NCBI GenBank assembly: GCA_028278065.1
Contig: JANQFA010000095.1
Span: forward strand, 3,349 to 67,348
DNA from: Myxococcota bacterium
GTDB taxonomy: Bacteria; Myxococcota_A; UBA9160; JAFDET01
Length of the DNA: 64,000 bases
Direction: 5' to 3'
Positions 8,001-16,289 of the stretch are shown piece by piece. Both the position numbers and the translations under genes were made by a program. Below the pieces are notes generated by a model. The model was not told the DNA's origin, did no database searches, and saw only the letters and a program-made list of their open reading frames with translations. How positions within the stretch are numbered: position 1 is the first letter of the stretch; each line of letters begins with the position of its first letter.

Positions 8001-10431
8001 CCACCGAACGGTTGTTGCCGCCATTCCCGGCCGCATCGATGCTGATGCGAATCGTCTTGACCTCGCCGGGATCGATGATCCCGTTCCCTTCCCCGTCGAA
8101 GAGCCCGTCTCCGTCCGCGTCTCGGTCGTGAAGGAACGCGTCATCGGGAACGGCGACCAGGCCCCAGTTGCCCTCTCCCGGGGCGAGGTCGTTCGCCCGG
8201 CTCGTGATCACCACGAAGCGGCCGTCGGGCGAGATGTCGGAGGCGAACGAGAAGCCGCCCCCGTCGACGGCCTCGCTTCCATCGGACTGGACGCTCACGC
8301 GAACGGTCGCGATGCCACCCGGCTGGCCCTGCTCATCATAGATGCCGTCCTGGTCGAAGTCGCGGTCGTGAACGAAGGCGTCCCAATCGGCGTTCGTGTC
8401 CCCCGGAACGAGGTCGTCGAAGTCGGCCGAGAAGGCCACGAAGCGACCATCCGCCGCGAATCCGCTTCCCGCAGCACCCACACCGTTGCAACACCCGGGC
8501 CCAAACTCCTCGCCTTCGTCTCCGTTCGAGTCGACACTCACCCGGACGGTCGTGCCGGCTACCCGGTCCCGGATGAACACGTCGCGCACCTGGTTCGTAT
8601 CGCCGGCAACGATGTTGGTGGCGAACGAGGTAAAGGCCAGGTCGCGCCCCCCCCGGCCGAGGAAGCCCGTCGTGCTGAAGTCGTTCCCCTCGCCACCCGC
8701 ATCGGGCAGGCTCAGACGCTCCGTGAGCTGGGTGGCTTCAGCGGCCTCCGGGGTGCGAAAGAAGACGGTGCCGTCGGAGAGCGCGAGCGTCCGGCCGTCG
8801 ATGACGGGGTCGCTGGCGGCGGTGAGCGGGCCGGCAGGCGACAGCTCCCCAACACCAAGGGCGAAGCTCTTCAAGATCGGGTCGAAGACGTTGGCGTTCG
8901 CGTTCGTGTCGGTGTCGCCCTGCCCTGGCTCGGACTCGAGAAACGCCATGACCGACCCCTCGACCGCCACGGCGGGGAAACGGAACGGCCCCTCCTGGGT
9001 CCGCACGGCGGCGCGCCCGTCGCTCCCACCGTCCCCGATGGGCTGAAGGATGCCCGTCGTGCGGTCCCTGAGGGTGACGACGAAATCTCCCGGCTCGCCT
9101 CCCAGAGGGTCCCCGTCGGCATTGCGGTCGACGCCATCCACGTTCTCCGAGATCACGAAGGCGAAGTTGCCTGCGCCCTCCACGAGGCCTTCCAGCGGAA
9201 CCGGATCGTCGAGAACGGCCGTGTACTCCCCTCCGCTACCCAGGAGTACGACCGGCCCGATTCCGGCGTCGTAGCGGTCGCTGAAATCGAAGAGCTCATT
9301 GCTGCAGACGCTGGAGCTGCACTCGCCGTCGACCGTGCACGCCTTGCCCTCGTCGTCACCACCCACGCAGCCGCGTCGCGCGATCCGGATCACGCCTCGG
9401 GGTGCGTCCACCGATCCGAACAGCTCGGCGTCACTCACGGCCGGGTTGGCCAGGGCCGTGAAGACGGGAGGCAGGATGATCCCGCCGGGCGAGTGGGAAG
9501 AGATGAATCCATCGCCGGGGATCGTGACGGGCTGACCCGGAAGGTCCGTATCGGCATCCACATTCGTGGCTCCCCGGGCGAGCTGGGGGATCGGAACCCC
9601 GCCGATGCGCAGCAGGATCCCCGTGTAGTCCATCGGCGCCAGGATGTTGCCCGCAGCGTCCGTGGTGAAGTGCACCTCCGTAATGCCGGGGTTCGCGATC
9701 ATCGCCTCGATGTCGTTGGGGGGCGGCAACGCCACGAAGTGCCCGAACCGTTCGGCCAGATCGGCAGGGCTGGTTCGACAGGTACCGTCGAGACGGAAGA
9801 GCTCGTCCACGCAGGCGACCACGCCATGGGTCGACGTGTCTCCACCCAGATCGGCGCAGCGCTGGGTAGCCAGCCCGCACTGCAGCGGCGCGTTCCGCCG
9901 CGTCACGACGATCTTGGCCGGTCCGGCGAGAGTTCGGTCGTCGTTCACGCCACCGAGCCGATCATCGCTGTCGGGGAAGCGGAACCGGAGTTCGTTCAGG
10001 CTGGGAACGACCAGATCGATGGATCCTCCGGCGTTCAACTCGACGCACTCGGCGGTACCGCCGGGCCCGAGATCGGTATTGCAGTTGCTCAGGTCGAGGC
10101 CGGCACAGCTCTCCGCAAGGACGATGGCATTGGCTGCACCGTTGGGAGGCGTGAAGATCACCGACACGCGGTAGTCGTCCGCCGCGTCGCCATCCAGGTC
10201 GAGATCGACGAAGCCGGTGGACGTCTCGTCGCAGGCCGGCGGCCTCACGGCGACGCTGACGAAGTCATCGGGACTGGCAAAGGGCCGATTGAGGCTTCCC
10301 AGCGCACCGCGGAAATCACTCGACGCGGCGGGGATCACGTCGCAGATCGCGGAGGCATCAGGCGCGAAGGCCAGGAGCACGAGGGCGACGAGAAGCGAAC
10401 ACCTGGCGGAGCGAGCGAGCGGGCGATCCAT
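5029..10431 (-). CDS. Giant secreted multidomain protein (~1800 aa): a 7-blade PD40/TolB-like beta-propeller with Ca-binding-type inserts, thrombospondin type-3-like repeats and Myxococcus-type Cys-rich repeats
   Basis: ORF track 5029..10479. ATG at 10431 follows GGAGG and gives the signal peptide [28 protein letters not shown]. There are seven repeats of the type FxxFxSxAxNLVxGDTNxxxDVFxHDR. [11 protein letters not shown] inserts are present. [27 protein letters not shown] is TSP3-like. CGNGxxExxEeCDDGN..DGCsxxC occurs twice. Confidence 0.9.
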   Translation of the reverse strand: MDRPLARSARCSLLVALVLLAFAPDASAICDVIPAASSDFRGALGSLNRPFASPDDFVSVAVRPPACDETSTGFVDLDLDGDAADDYRVSVIFTPPNGAANAIVLAESCAGLDLSNCNTDLGPGGTAECVELNAGGSIDLVVPSLNELRFRFPDSDDRLGGVNDDRTLAGPAKIVVTRRNAPLQCGLATQRCADLGGDTSTHGVVACVDELFRLDGTCRTSPADLAERFGHFVALPPPNDIEAMIANPGITEVHFTTDAAGNILAPMDYTGILLRIGGVPIPQLARGATNVDADTDLPGQPVTIPGDGFISSHSPGGIILPPVFTALANPAVSDAELFGSVDAPRGVIRIARRGCVGGDDEGKACTVDGECSSSVCSNELFDFSDRYDAGIGPVVLLGSGGEYTAVLDDPVPLEGLVEGAGNFAFVISENVDGVDRNADGDPLGGEPGDFVVTLRDRTTGILQPIGDGGSDGRAAVRTQEGPFRFPAVAVEGSVMAFLESEPGQGDTDTNANANVFDPILKSFALGVGELSPAGPLTAASDPVIDGRTLALSDGTVFFRTPEAAEATQLTERLSLPDAGGEGNDFSTTGFLGRGGRDLAFTSFATNIVAGDTNQVRDVFIRDRVAGTTVRVSVDSNGDEGEEFGPGCCNGVGAAGSGFAADGRFVAFSADFDDLVPGDTNADWDAFVHDRDFDQDGIYDEQGQPGGIATVRVSVQSDGSEAVDGGGFSFASDISPDGRFVVITSRANDLAPGEGNWGLVAVPDDAFLHDRDADGDGLFDGEGNGIIDPGEVKTIRISIDAAGNGGNNRSVGHGVSHDGRYVLFSSFATNLVAGDTDGLFDMFVHDRDADEDGIFDDEGDGYDPGEIEIIMVSVSSTGEQGNDQGSVGQISGDGRFVVFSDDSNNLVAGDTNSVQDIFLHDRDADENGVFDEPGGIATTRISVGSSGEEADGQSEAPHLSPDSRFIAFYSAATNLVDGDTNGVNDVFVHDRASGLTTRMSLDTAGNEADAASFLRAVPPFASDGRSIVFDSGATNLVGGDGNMDSDVFVRGPDPSDFGADLSFDGDLDDTVLRSLDTTVGPPGVVTNLCPAGRVAVAAGSAAFLRPEGAGGGGACPGGVNFNGDGDIDDQVVHLATAGGVQNLQCAASDVAMSGTFIAGLVPEADAGGAFLNGDADASDRVLHVLPLGVTPFLPCSANIDAPPFSWDNVGQAADSIDVSGELVAFITPEAEQAGLDATSDGDAADRYVQLYDAAALSLLPIEDGSGRRQPAEEFVMGEDLLAFRSHELDFCDAAVPSPDCSAPAGCVAISQCDLNGDGDCCDDGLQVYDMIGGQLLNTGQAVTPCRLSECEPRNPYRVSSRTVRFLTFEGDQGEDLNEDGDQDDVLVQVYNVVSGETRPVAEVTDPDDGTGSDPLQTPSEDDPGEGSDQVIVTEGRCVVDTTASCTPGAPGTCGAGEFCFDPDPEATIGSCVRDTGRTCDLDKPTAEQGCDPDATCVEDIAVLGVADRDRDQVPDALDNCPDAPNVEQADADLDGVGDACDLETCGNGAVEIQEECDDGNLAGGDACDPNCTLPSCGNGIVNAGETCDDGNQIDGDGCSADCSSAAAPACPLVPATCRTDALNLTIMQDRLEPADGGVNGDNAKLVFKWLRGGVTDFNEFGDPVGGGAGLCFYADDALRTQLAIPPGSPNWIKVIPGKLYRYVDKAAAADGIRSVLLRSDATTPGKSKLTLVAKGAEVGADSDRPIPAFQPSVGIGAQTYDVQFHPGGGGSCFGMRYDDPPSADVYIDKDVGVFKLRRTGP

Positions 10432-10718
10432 GGAGCCTCCACGCAGCATATCCGGGACAGCCGGCTGCACGGCGTTCAACGAAAGAGCATCGGGCGCTCC
10501 TCCTGTATATCACACAGCTCGGTGTAAGGACGTGAAGTATTTCACACGTGCCCTGCTCGCCCGAACGCCGTGTCCCGCGGAGCAACGATCCGTCTCCGGG
10601 TAATCACCGAGCCCCCCCAAGGGGCCAGATCCACCGGCGATGGGAATGGTGCCCACCTGATGATCTACAATCCGGCGGCCTGTTCACCGGACCCCTGGTT
10701 CGACGTCGTGGAAGGGGC

Positions 10719-12371
10719 GTGCCGACAGTAGGCGACACCGACCACCAGGCCGAGAGGCGAGCGCGGCGGTACGCCGTGGCGCTCGCTGTCTCGGCTGGGC
10801 TGGCGGGCGCCGCGATCCGCATCTGGGGTGGCTGGGCGTCCGTGCTCTGGGGGGACGAGTTCCACGTCCTTCTCGACCGCCGGCTGAGCGACCTCACCAC
10901 TGTCCTCACTACCTACGACGATCGCGGAACAGGCATCGGCTTCCCGCTGGCCCAGTACCTCTCGCTGGCCGCGCTGGGCCCGACGCTTCTCGGCTTGCGG
11001 CTTCCCGCGGTGCTCGCGGGGATCCTGGGACCGGCGCTCGCATTCTGGGCCGGACGACCGCTCGTCGGGGCCTCCGCCGCCGCCATCGCGGCCGCGGCCC
11101 TCGCGCTCAGCCCGCTCCACGTCTTCTACTCGACCTTCGGCCGCGGCTACTCGCTGGTCTGCATGCTGGGCTTGGTCCTTGGCGGGGCCTGCGCCCGAGG
11201 TATCGAGTCGCGACGCGACGGCTGGTGGCTCCTCGTCGCGGGGGTGGGCGGGGCCCTCATCTACGTCCACCTGACCTCCGTCGCCCTGCTCGCGGCGGGT
11301 TTCGTCGGATCGAGCCTGGCGGCCCGGAACGACCTCCGCCTGGTGCTGGTAAGAATTCTGCCAGCGTTCGGGACGGCGGCCGCGCTCGGCGCAGCGCTGC
11401 ACGTCCCGGCCTGGGACGGGCTGGCTGCGTTCTGGGAGGCCAAGGCTGGCGGAGGGATGTCGGGGGGAGGCTTCTCTCCGCTCGACGTCGCCACCCTGAT
11501 CGGCGGTAGCGAAGCGGGAGCGTGGATCTGGCTACTCGCTCTTCCGGCCGCAGCCGTCGCGTTCGCTCGATGCGGCGGGTCGCCGATCGTCCTGGCACTG
11601 GCGTTCGTTCCGGTGGTGATTCTGGGGGTGGTGAATCCGATCAGCAACGCGCCGGCATTCGCCCGATATCTGATCGGGATCCTCCCGTGGGGCTGGATGT
11701 TGGTTGGATGGGGCGTCGTGGCTCTGGTGAATCGAACTCGCCGCCCCAATGCCGAGCAAGCGGCCCTCGCCCTCGGCGGCGTCGCGGTCGCGGCGATGGT
11801 CTGGGCCTCTCCGATCGCTTCGGCCGCGCGGGTCGCTCCCTACGGAGCGACCTACCTGGGCATGTACTCCACGGGGGTGTTCGACCACCCGCTGCCAGGC
11901 GACCGGCGCTTCTACGGCAGCCTGGGTGCCGAGAGCGCCGTGGGAGTGATCCAGTTTCCGCCGGTTCGCCTCGGAGGCGCTCTGGTGTACCGGGCGGGAC
12001 GACTCGCGCTCGGTCGGCCGACCTGGATGGGCTACGTCGGGCATCCCCCGGCCGGGATCCACGGCGCTCCTCTGGTCGCCGTGGACGGACAGGGACCGCC
12101 CCCCTGCGACCGAGGCGAGGTGCTGCTCATCCTCTACCGAAATCTGACGTGGGAGATCCGCTCCTTCCAGAACGCCTCCAGCGCGGCCGTCACCAATGCG
12201 ATCGACCGGCCCTTCATCCGTCTCCCGCCCGTCGAGGCGCCGCTGGAAGCCTCCACGGTCGGCGCTCTCAGGGCAAGGTGGGGCGAACCGGCGCACGAGA
12301 CGCGTCGCCACATCGTGTGGAGGATCTCCTGCGACAGCTCGGGCTGGGGCGTGGGAGGAGAACCTGGCTGA
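10719..12371 (+). CDS. GT-C family membrane glycosyltransferase (ArnT/PMT_2-like, GT39/GT83-like)
   Basis: ORF track 10548..12371. The first ~57 codons look non-coding. An in-frame GTG at 10719 follows GGAAGGGG. Polytopic membrane protein with WGDEFH and RLPAVLAGILG..PL..FYSTFGRGY motifs, which are typical of ArnT-like enzymes. Confidence 0.75.
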   Translation: MPTVGDTDHQAERRARRYAVALAVSAGLAGAAIRIWGGWASVLWGDEFHVLLDRRLSDLTTVLTTYDDRGTGIGFPLAQYLSLAALGPTLLGLRLPAVLAGILGPALAFWAGRPLVGASAAAIAAAALALSPLHVFYSTFGRGYSLVCMLGLVLGGACARGIESRRDGWWLLVAGVGGALIYVHLTSVALLAAGFVGSSLAARNDLRLVLVRILPAFGTAAALGAALHVPAWDGLAAFWEAKAGGGMSGGGFSPLDVATLIGGSEAGAWIWLLALPAAAVAFARCGGSPIVLALAFVPVVILGVVNPISNAPAFARYLIGILPWGWMLVGWGVVALVNRTRRPNAEQAALALGGVAVAAMVWASPIASAARVAPYGATYLGMYSTGVFDHPLPGDRRFYGSLGAESAVGVIQFPPVRLGGALVYRAGRLALGRPTWMGYVGHPPAGIHGAPLVAVDGQGPPPCDRGEVLLILYRNLTWEIRSFQNASSAAVTNAIDRPFIRLPPVEAPLEASTVGALRARWGEPAHETRRHIVWRISCDSSGWGVGGEPG

Positions 12372-12604
12372 GCGGGTTCGAGCGGGCATCGAGCACGAGG
12401 GTCATCGAGCGACGGAAGTTGCCTGACTGGCGAACCTGGAGACGGAATACCAGGAGCTCGAGGAGGCACTGCTCGATGCCGGCTCGCGAGGCATGCTGAA
12501 CGTCCACGATCTCGTCGCGACCCAAGCCCGCAGTCGCGGCGAACGCCTGGCGAACCCGCCGGGTCTGGCGACCCGCGTCTCCGGGCAGAGCGACCGCAGG
12601 GCGG

Positions 12605-13027
12605 CTACTGGCCGCAGACCAGCCTGCAGTCCTGGTGGAGGCTCGTGCAGGCCTGCTTGGCGGCGTCGAGGTCGTTCTTCCACCAGGCCAGTCGCTCCAG
12701 GACGACCTTGCTCTGGCTGACACACTGCGGCTTCGTCCGTCCGTCCGCGAGGCAGTAGAACCTGACGTTCTTGGAGATCGACTTCGTACCCTGCACCAGG
12801 CACTTGTACCGAGCCTTGGCGAACTTGTTGCACCCCTTGAGCCCCGAATTGCACGCCTTCAGGCAAGCGGGTCCGTCCGGAACGGACAGGAGGCCATCCC
12901 GCAGAGCGCCGAAGTCTGCGGATGCCGCTTCCGTACCGAGGCAGATCGCCTCCTCCGTGGTCGCGCTCGCGGGGGCTGAGACGGCCAGGACGAGGAGAGC
13001 GGAGACGAGGACGACGAGGTGCTTCAC
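12605..13027 (-). CDS. Small secreted cysteine-rich protein (140 aa, 10 Cys)
   Basis: ORF track entry. Clear signal peptide MKHLVVLVSALLVLAVSAPASA. Protein-like composition. Confidence 0.7.
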   Translation of the reverse strand: MKHLVVLVSALLVLAVSAPASATTEEAICLGTEAASADFGALRDGLLSVPDGPACLKACNSGLKGCNKFAKARYKCLVQGTKSISKNVRFYCLADGRTKPQCVSQSKVVLERLAWWKNDLDAAKQACTSLHQDCRLVCGQ

Positions 13028-13112
13028 GGGGGGCCTCCATTCCGTCGTGTCATCCTACACCAGGACGATTCGCCACGGGCGAGCTGTCGCGCGCGGGGGG
13101 CGGGGCCGGCCG

Positions 13113-13538
13113 CTACTCGCGATAGAGCCACGCGCCGAGCAGCGTTGCGATCTGCACCTCGACGAACGTCCAGACCACGGGGAGCCACACCATGCGGGGC
13201 GGCATGATGACGACGCCGGCATGGACGTAGACACCCGTGAACAGGTGGGACGCCGCCCAGACGACGGCACCGGCGATGGCTGCCGTCCGCACGCCAGCGC
13301 CGAAACGAGGCCTGATCGCGGCGTACAGCCATACCGCGATCAAGCCGACCATGAAGATCACGGCGGTGAGCGGGACCGACGGCTCCAGGGCCGCGGACGC
13401 GTCGAGGCCTCGTGCAGCCCAGTCCGCGACCAGGTCGCGCCCCTCTTCGGACAGAACGACCGCATGAAGGACGATCTGGCTGACGAGCATCACGAATCCG
13501 GCCGCGACCCCGCCGACGACGACACGTGACCCGTTCAC
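13113..13538 (-). CDS. Small integral membrane protein (141 aa, ~4 TM)
   Basis: This is the C-terminal part of ORF 13113..14126. The upstream part is an Arg/Pro/Gly-rich shadow frame. GTG at 13538 follows GGGGAGAG. Hydrophobic helices are evident (VIFMVGLIAVWLYAAI, AIAGAVVWAASHLF, VWLPVVWTFVEVQIATLLGAWLY). Confidence 0.55.
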   Translation of the reverse strand: MNGSRVVVGGVAAGFVMLVSQIVLHAVVLSEEGRDLVADWAARGLDASAALEPSVPLTAVIFMVGLIAVWLYAAIRPRFGAGVRTAAIAGAVVWAASHLFTGVYVHAGVVIMPPRMVWLPVVWTFVEVQIATLLGAWLYRE

Positions 13539-13618
13539 GGCTCTCCCCGATGAGCGGCCACAGGCCTCACGCGAACCCCCGTGTTGGATACCCACGAGCA
13601 TGCCACGAACGGGCTCCT

Positions 13619-14302
13619 CTAGGGCGCGGGGTCGCTGCCGGCCCGCGCCAGGATCACGGCGTGGCGGCGGCCGCCGCGGCCGGGACGCTCGCTCGCGACA
13701 CGGAAGCCGGCGCGCGCGAGGCGCTTCTCGAAGGCGGGCGAACGCTCCTCCGACCAGATCGCGAGTACGCCGGCGGGAACGAGCGCCGCGCGCGCCGCGG
13801 AGAGCGCGCGGTCTCCCCAGAGCGGGTGGCTGTCCCGTGTGCCGGCGTGAGGCCCCTCGAAGAGGTCGAGGAGGATCGCGTCCCAGCGACCGCCGCCGGG
13901 CGGCCCCTGCGCGATCCGCTCGCGGACGTCCACCACCTCCACCCCCACCCTCTCGTCCTCCAGCGCGCGTCCGTTCAGCTCGGCGAGGGGCCCCCGGCAC
14001 CAGTCGACGATCACGGGGTGGAGCTCGGCCACGTCCACGCGCGCTTCGGCGGGGAGCGCATCGAGCGCCGCGCGCAGGGTGAGCCCCATGCCCAGGCCGC
14101 CGACCAGCACCCGCGGCGCCTCGCATGGGCCGAGGGCCTCGACTCCCCGGCGGGCGAGCGCCTCTTCGGAGCGGCTCGCGCGGCTGTTCATCAGCACCCG
14201 CCCGGCCACGGTGATCAGGAAGTCGTCGTCTCCGCGCCGGCGCAGCTCGAGGACGCCGTCCGCCGTCTCGCGCGCGTCGATCACGGACCAGGGACGCGTC
14301 AC
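13619..14302 (-). CDS. Spermidine synthase-like SAM-dependent methyltransferase-fold protein
   Basis: This is the C-terminal part of ORF 13619..15205. The GTG start at 14302 overlaps the TGA of the upstream sulfotransferase (GTGA). Motifs VLVGGLGMGLTLRAAL and WDAILLDLFEGP are typical of the SpeE-like family. Confidence 0.75.
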   Translation of the reverse strand: MTRPWSVIDARETADGVLELRRRGDDDFLITVAGRVLMNSRASRSEEALARRGVEALGPCEAPRVLVGGLGMGLTLRAALDALPAEARVDVAELHPVIVDWCRGPLAELNGRALEDERVGVEVVDVRERIAQGPPGGGRWDAILLDLFEGPHAGTRDSHPLWGDRALSAARAALVPAGVLAIWSEERSPAFEKRLARAGFRVASERPGRGGRRHAVILARAGSDPAP

Positions 14303-15132
14303 GAAGCCTGGCTCGCCCCCGTCTCGGCGCGGAAGCGCTCGACCCACGCCTCGGTGAGCGTGTCCGACTGACGCTGCCGGGTGGGGCGCGGGATCTCGCA
14401 GCCTTCCCAGCCCTGGATGCCGACGTGTCGGAGCACGGTCCGCGCCGCGGCCACCGGATCCTCGGCGATCTCCTCGTAGTCCAGTCGCAGGGGAGCGAGG
14501 CCGCCCTCGCTGAAGTAGCTCTCCCAGCCGCGCTCCTGTCGCTCGATCAGGGCCAGACGCGCGGCGATCGCCTCGGCGTCGTACTGCGGCTCCGACTCCT
14601 CCGGAGAGGCGTCGTCCCAGGCCCCGGTCTGGCGCGCGCGCAGCCACGACACGGCCTGCCGGATGCGGTCGCGGCGGCGCACGTACACCCAGCGCAGCTC
14701 CGGGAAGAACTCCTCCACCCGGAGACCCTTGCGCGTGAACGCGCGAACCGCCTGCTGCTGGTGGAGCTTGAAGCCGAAGACCCCGCCCGGACCCGTGCGC
14801 GCCGCCTCCAGCGCGGCGATGTAGCGGGCCAGGCGCGCGCGGTCCCAGCCGGGCTCGCCGAGGTAGAGCGGCGGACGCTCTCCCCGCCGGCGCCAGCGCG
14901 CGAAGCGCTCGAGGGGACCGCCCGGGTCGAGGCGCCGCACCAGATCCACCTGCGGGCCCGGGCTGAAGTACTCCATCGGCGCGCCCGCGATCCCCGTACT
15001 CCAGAGCAGATCCGCGAGCAGGGTGCTGCCGCTGCGCGGCAGGCTGGCGAGGACGTAGCGACGGACCGGCGCGGTGACGGTCCGGTAGTCGCGCTCCGCG
15101 AGGGAGCGTCCCGTCGGGTCGAGCGATCTCAG
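14299..15132 (-). CDS. Stf0-family sulfotransferase (start codon unresolved)
   Basis: This is the C-terminal part of ORF 14299..16182. It carries PRSGSTLLADLL..PMEYF, VYVRRRDRIRQAVSW and ERQERGW..YF. In my hand comparison these line up with mycobacterial Stf0. No in-frame ATG/GTG/TTG lies between the GT2 stop and the PRSGST motif. CTG at 15132 overlaps the GT2 stop (CTGA). Confidence 0.7.
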   Translation of the reverse strand: MRSLDPTGRSLAERDYRTVTAPVRRYVLASLPRSGSTLLADLLWSTGIAGAPMEYFSPGPQVDLVRRLDPGGPLERFARWRRRGERPPLYLGEPGWDRARLARYIAALEAARTGPGGVFGFKLHQQQAVRAFTRKGLRVEEFFPELRWVYVRRRDRIRQAVSWLRARQTGAWDDASPEESEPQYDAEAIAARLALIERQERGWESYFSEGGLAPLRLDYEEIAEDPVAAARTVLRHVGIQGWEGCEIPRPTRQRQSDTLTEAWVERFRAETGASQAS

Positions 15133-16157
15133 CGTGGGGCCCCTGCTCCCCCCCGGAGGCGTGCCAGGACACGCCGCGGGGTGCGCGCCAGGGCCCGGCC
15201 GCCACGACGCGCCCTCCGCTTCAGGTCCCGCACGAACGCCCTGCGGCGCGCGTGCAGCGCCTGGGCACGCGAGAAGCCGAGCATCACATGGGCCAGCCGC
15301 TGACTCGCCGGCGACTCGGAGAGCAGGTCGCGCGATCCGAGTCCCAGCTCCTGGGCGGCCCGCAGCACGCCCTCCCAGTCCTCGCCGCGCCGCCAGACGC
15401 CCTCGGCGATGCGCAGGAAGCGGGCACCGGCCGCTCCGCGCCGCCGCGCGTCGAGCTGGCCCGCACCGGCGAGGTGACGCACCGCCAGGCTGACCCCGGT
15501 CAGATCCGCCTCGCGCGCGGCCTTGGGATCGTCCCGCCAGATGCTCCGCCACAGGCTGCGGGGGTTCACGTGCCGCTTCACGCACAGCGCCTCGGGGACG
15601 ATCGCCACGCGGGCGCCGTCGGCCAGGAGCGCGCGCACCAGCGCCTGCTCCTGACCCGCGCGCAGGCGGGGATCCCAGCCCCCCACCGCACGCACCCGCG
15701 CGGCGCGAAAGAGGAGCGAGCTCGTCACGCCGAGGCGGGCCCCGAGGAACGAGGTCCAGGGGTCTCCGTCGACGGGAGCCCGGCGCACCTCGCCGGCGTC
15801 GTTCAGGCAGGGGGAGGCGATCAGATCGACGTCCTCGCCGGCCGCGGCGAGCTGGCGGGCGAGCTTGCCGGGCAATAGCAGGTCGTCGGCATCCAGGTAC
15901 TGCAGCCACTCGCCGCGGGCCAGCTCGAGCAGGCGATTGCGCGCCGCGTTGGCGCCGGCGTGGGCGGTCGACTCGAAGCGGATCCGCGAGCCGAACGACT
16001 CGAGCACCGCGCGCGTATCGTCGGTGGAGCCGTCGTCGACGACCACGACCTCGAGGTCCTCGAAGTCCTGCTCCAGGGCCGAGCGGATGGCGTCCCCGAC
16101 CCAGGGGCCGGATTCCCAGCTGGGAATGAGCACCGATACGCGCGGGCTGGCGGTCAA
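15129..16157 (-). CDS. Family 2 glycosyltransferase
   Basis: ORF track entry. VSVLIPSWESG...VVVVDDGSTDDT...YLDADDLL are classic GT2 motifs. Confidence 0.85.
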   Translation of the reverse strand: MTASPRVSVLIPSWESGPWVGDAIRSALEQDFEDLEVVVVDDGSTDDTRAVLESFGSRIRFESTAHAGANAARNRLLELARGEWLQYLDADDLLLPGKLARQLAAAGEDVDLIASPCLNDAGEVRRAPVDGDPWTSFLGARLGVTSSLLFRAARVRAVGGWDPRLRAGQEQALVRALLADGARVAIVPEALCVKRHVNPRSLWRSIWRDDPKAAREADLTGVSLAVRHLAGAGQLDARRRGAAGARFLRIAEGVWRRGEDWEGVLRAAQELGLGSRDLLSESPASQRLAHVMLGFSRAQALHARRRAFVRDLKRRARRGGRALARTPRRVLARLRGGAGAPR

Positions 16158-16289
16158 GCCGGCTTCTCCATGGGACGGTCACCGCCCCGCGTGCGGCATT
16201 CTACACCCACGCGGGGTGCCCGCACGGATTGCCGGTTTCGGGCTCGGCCCCGTCGTGGATAATGTGCACCCACCCACCCGGAGGTCCGC

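Noticed and set aside
7675-10527. Very long ORFs on the opposite strand or in other frames of real genes: 7675..10527 +, 19614..21995 -, 23639..27487 +, 23520..27209 -, 38962..41391 +, 53004..56096 +, 61511..63631 -, 33931..35391 -
   Set aside because: Their translations are Arg/Gly/Pro/Ala/His-rich low-complexity strings with no motifs. They lie antisense to or out of frame with genes that have textbook motifs. They are typical shadow ORFs of a genome with very high GC3.
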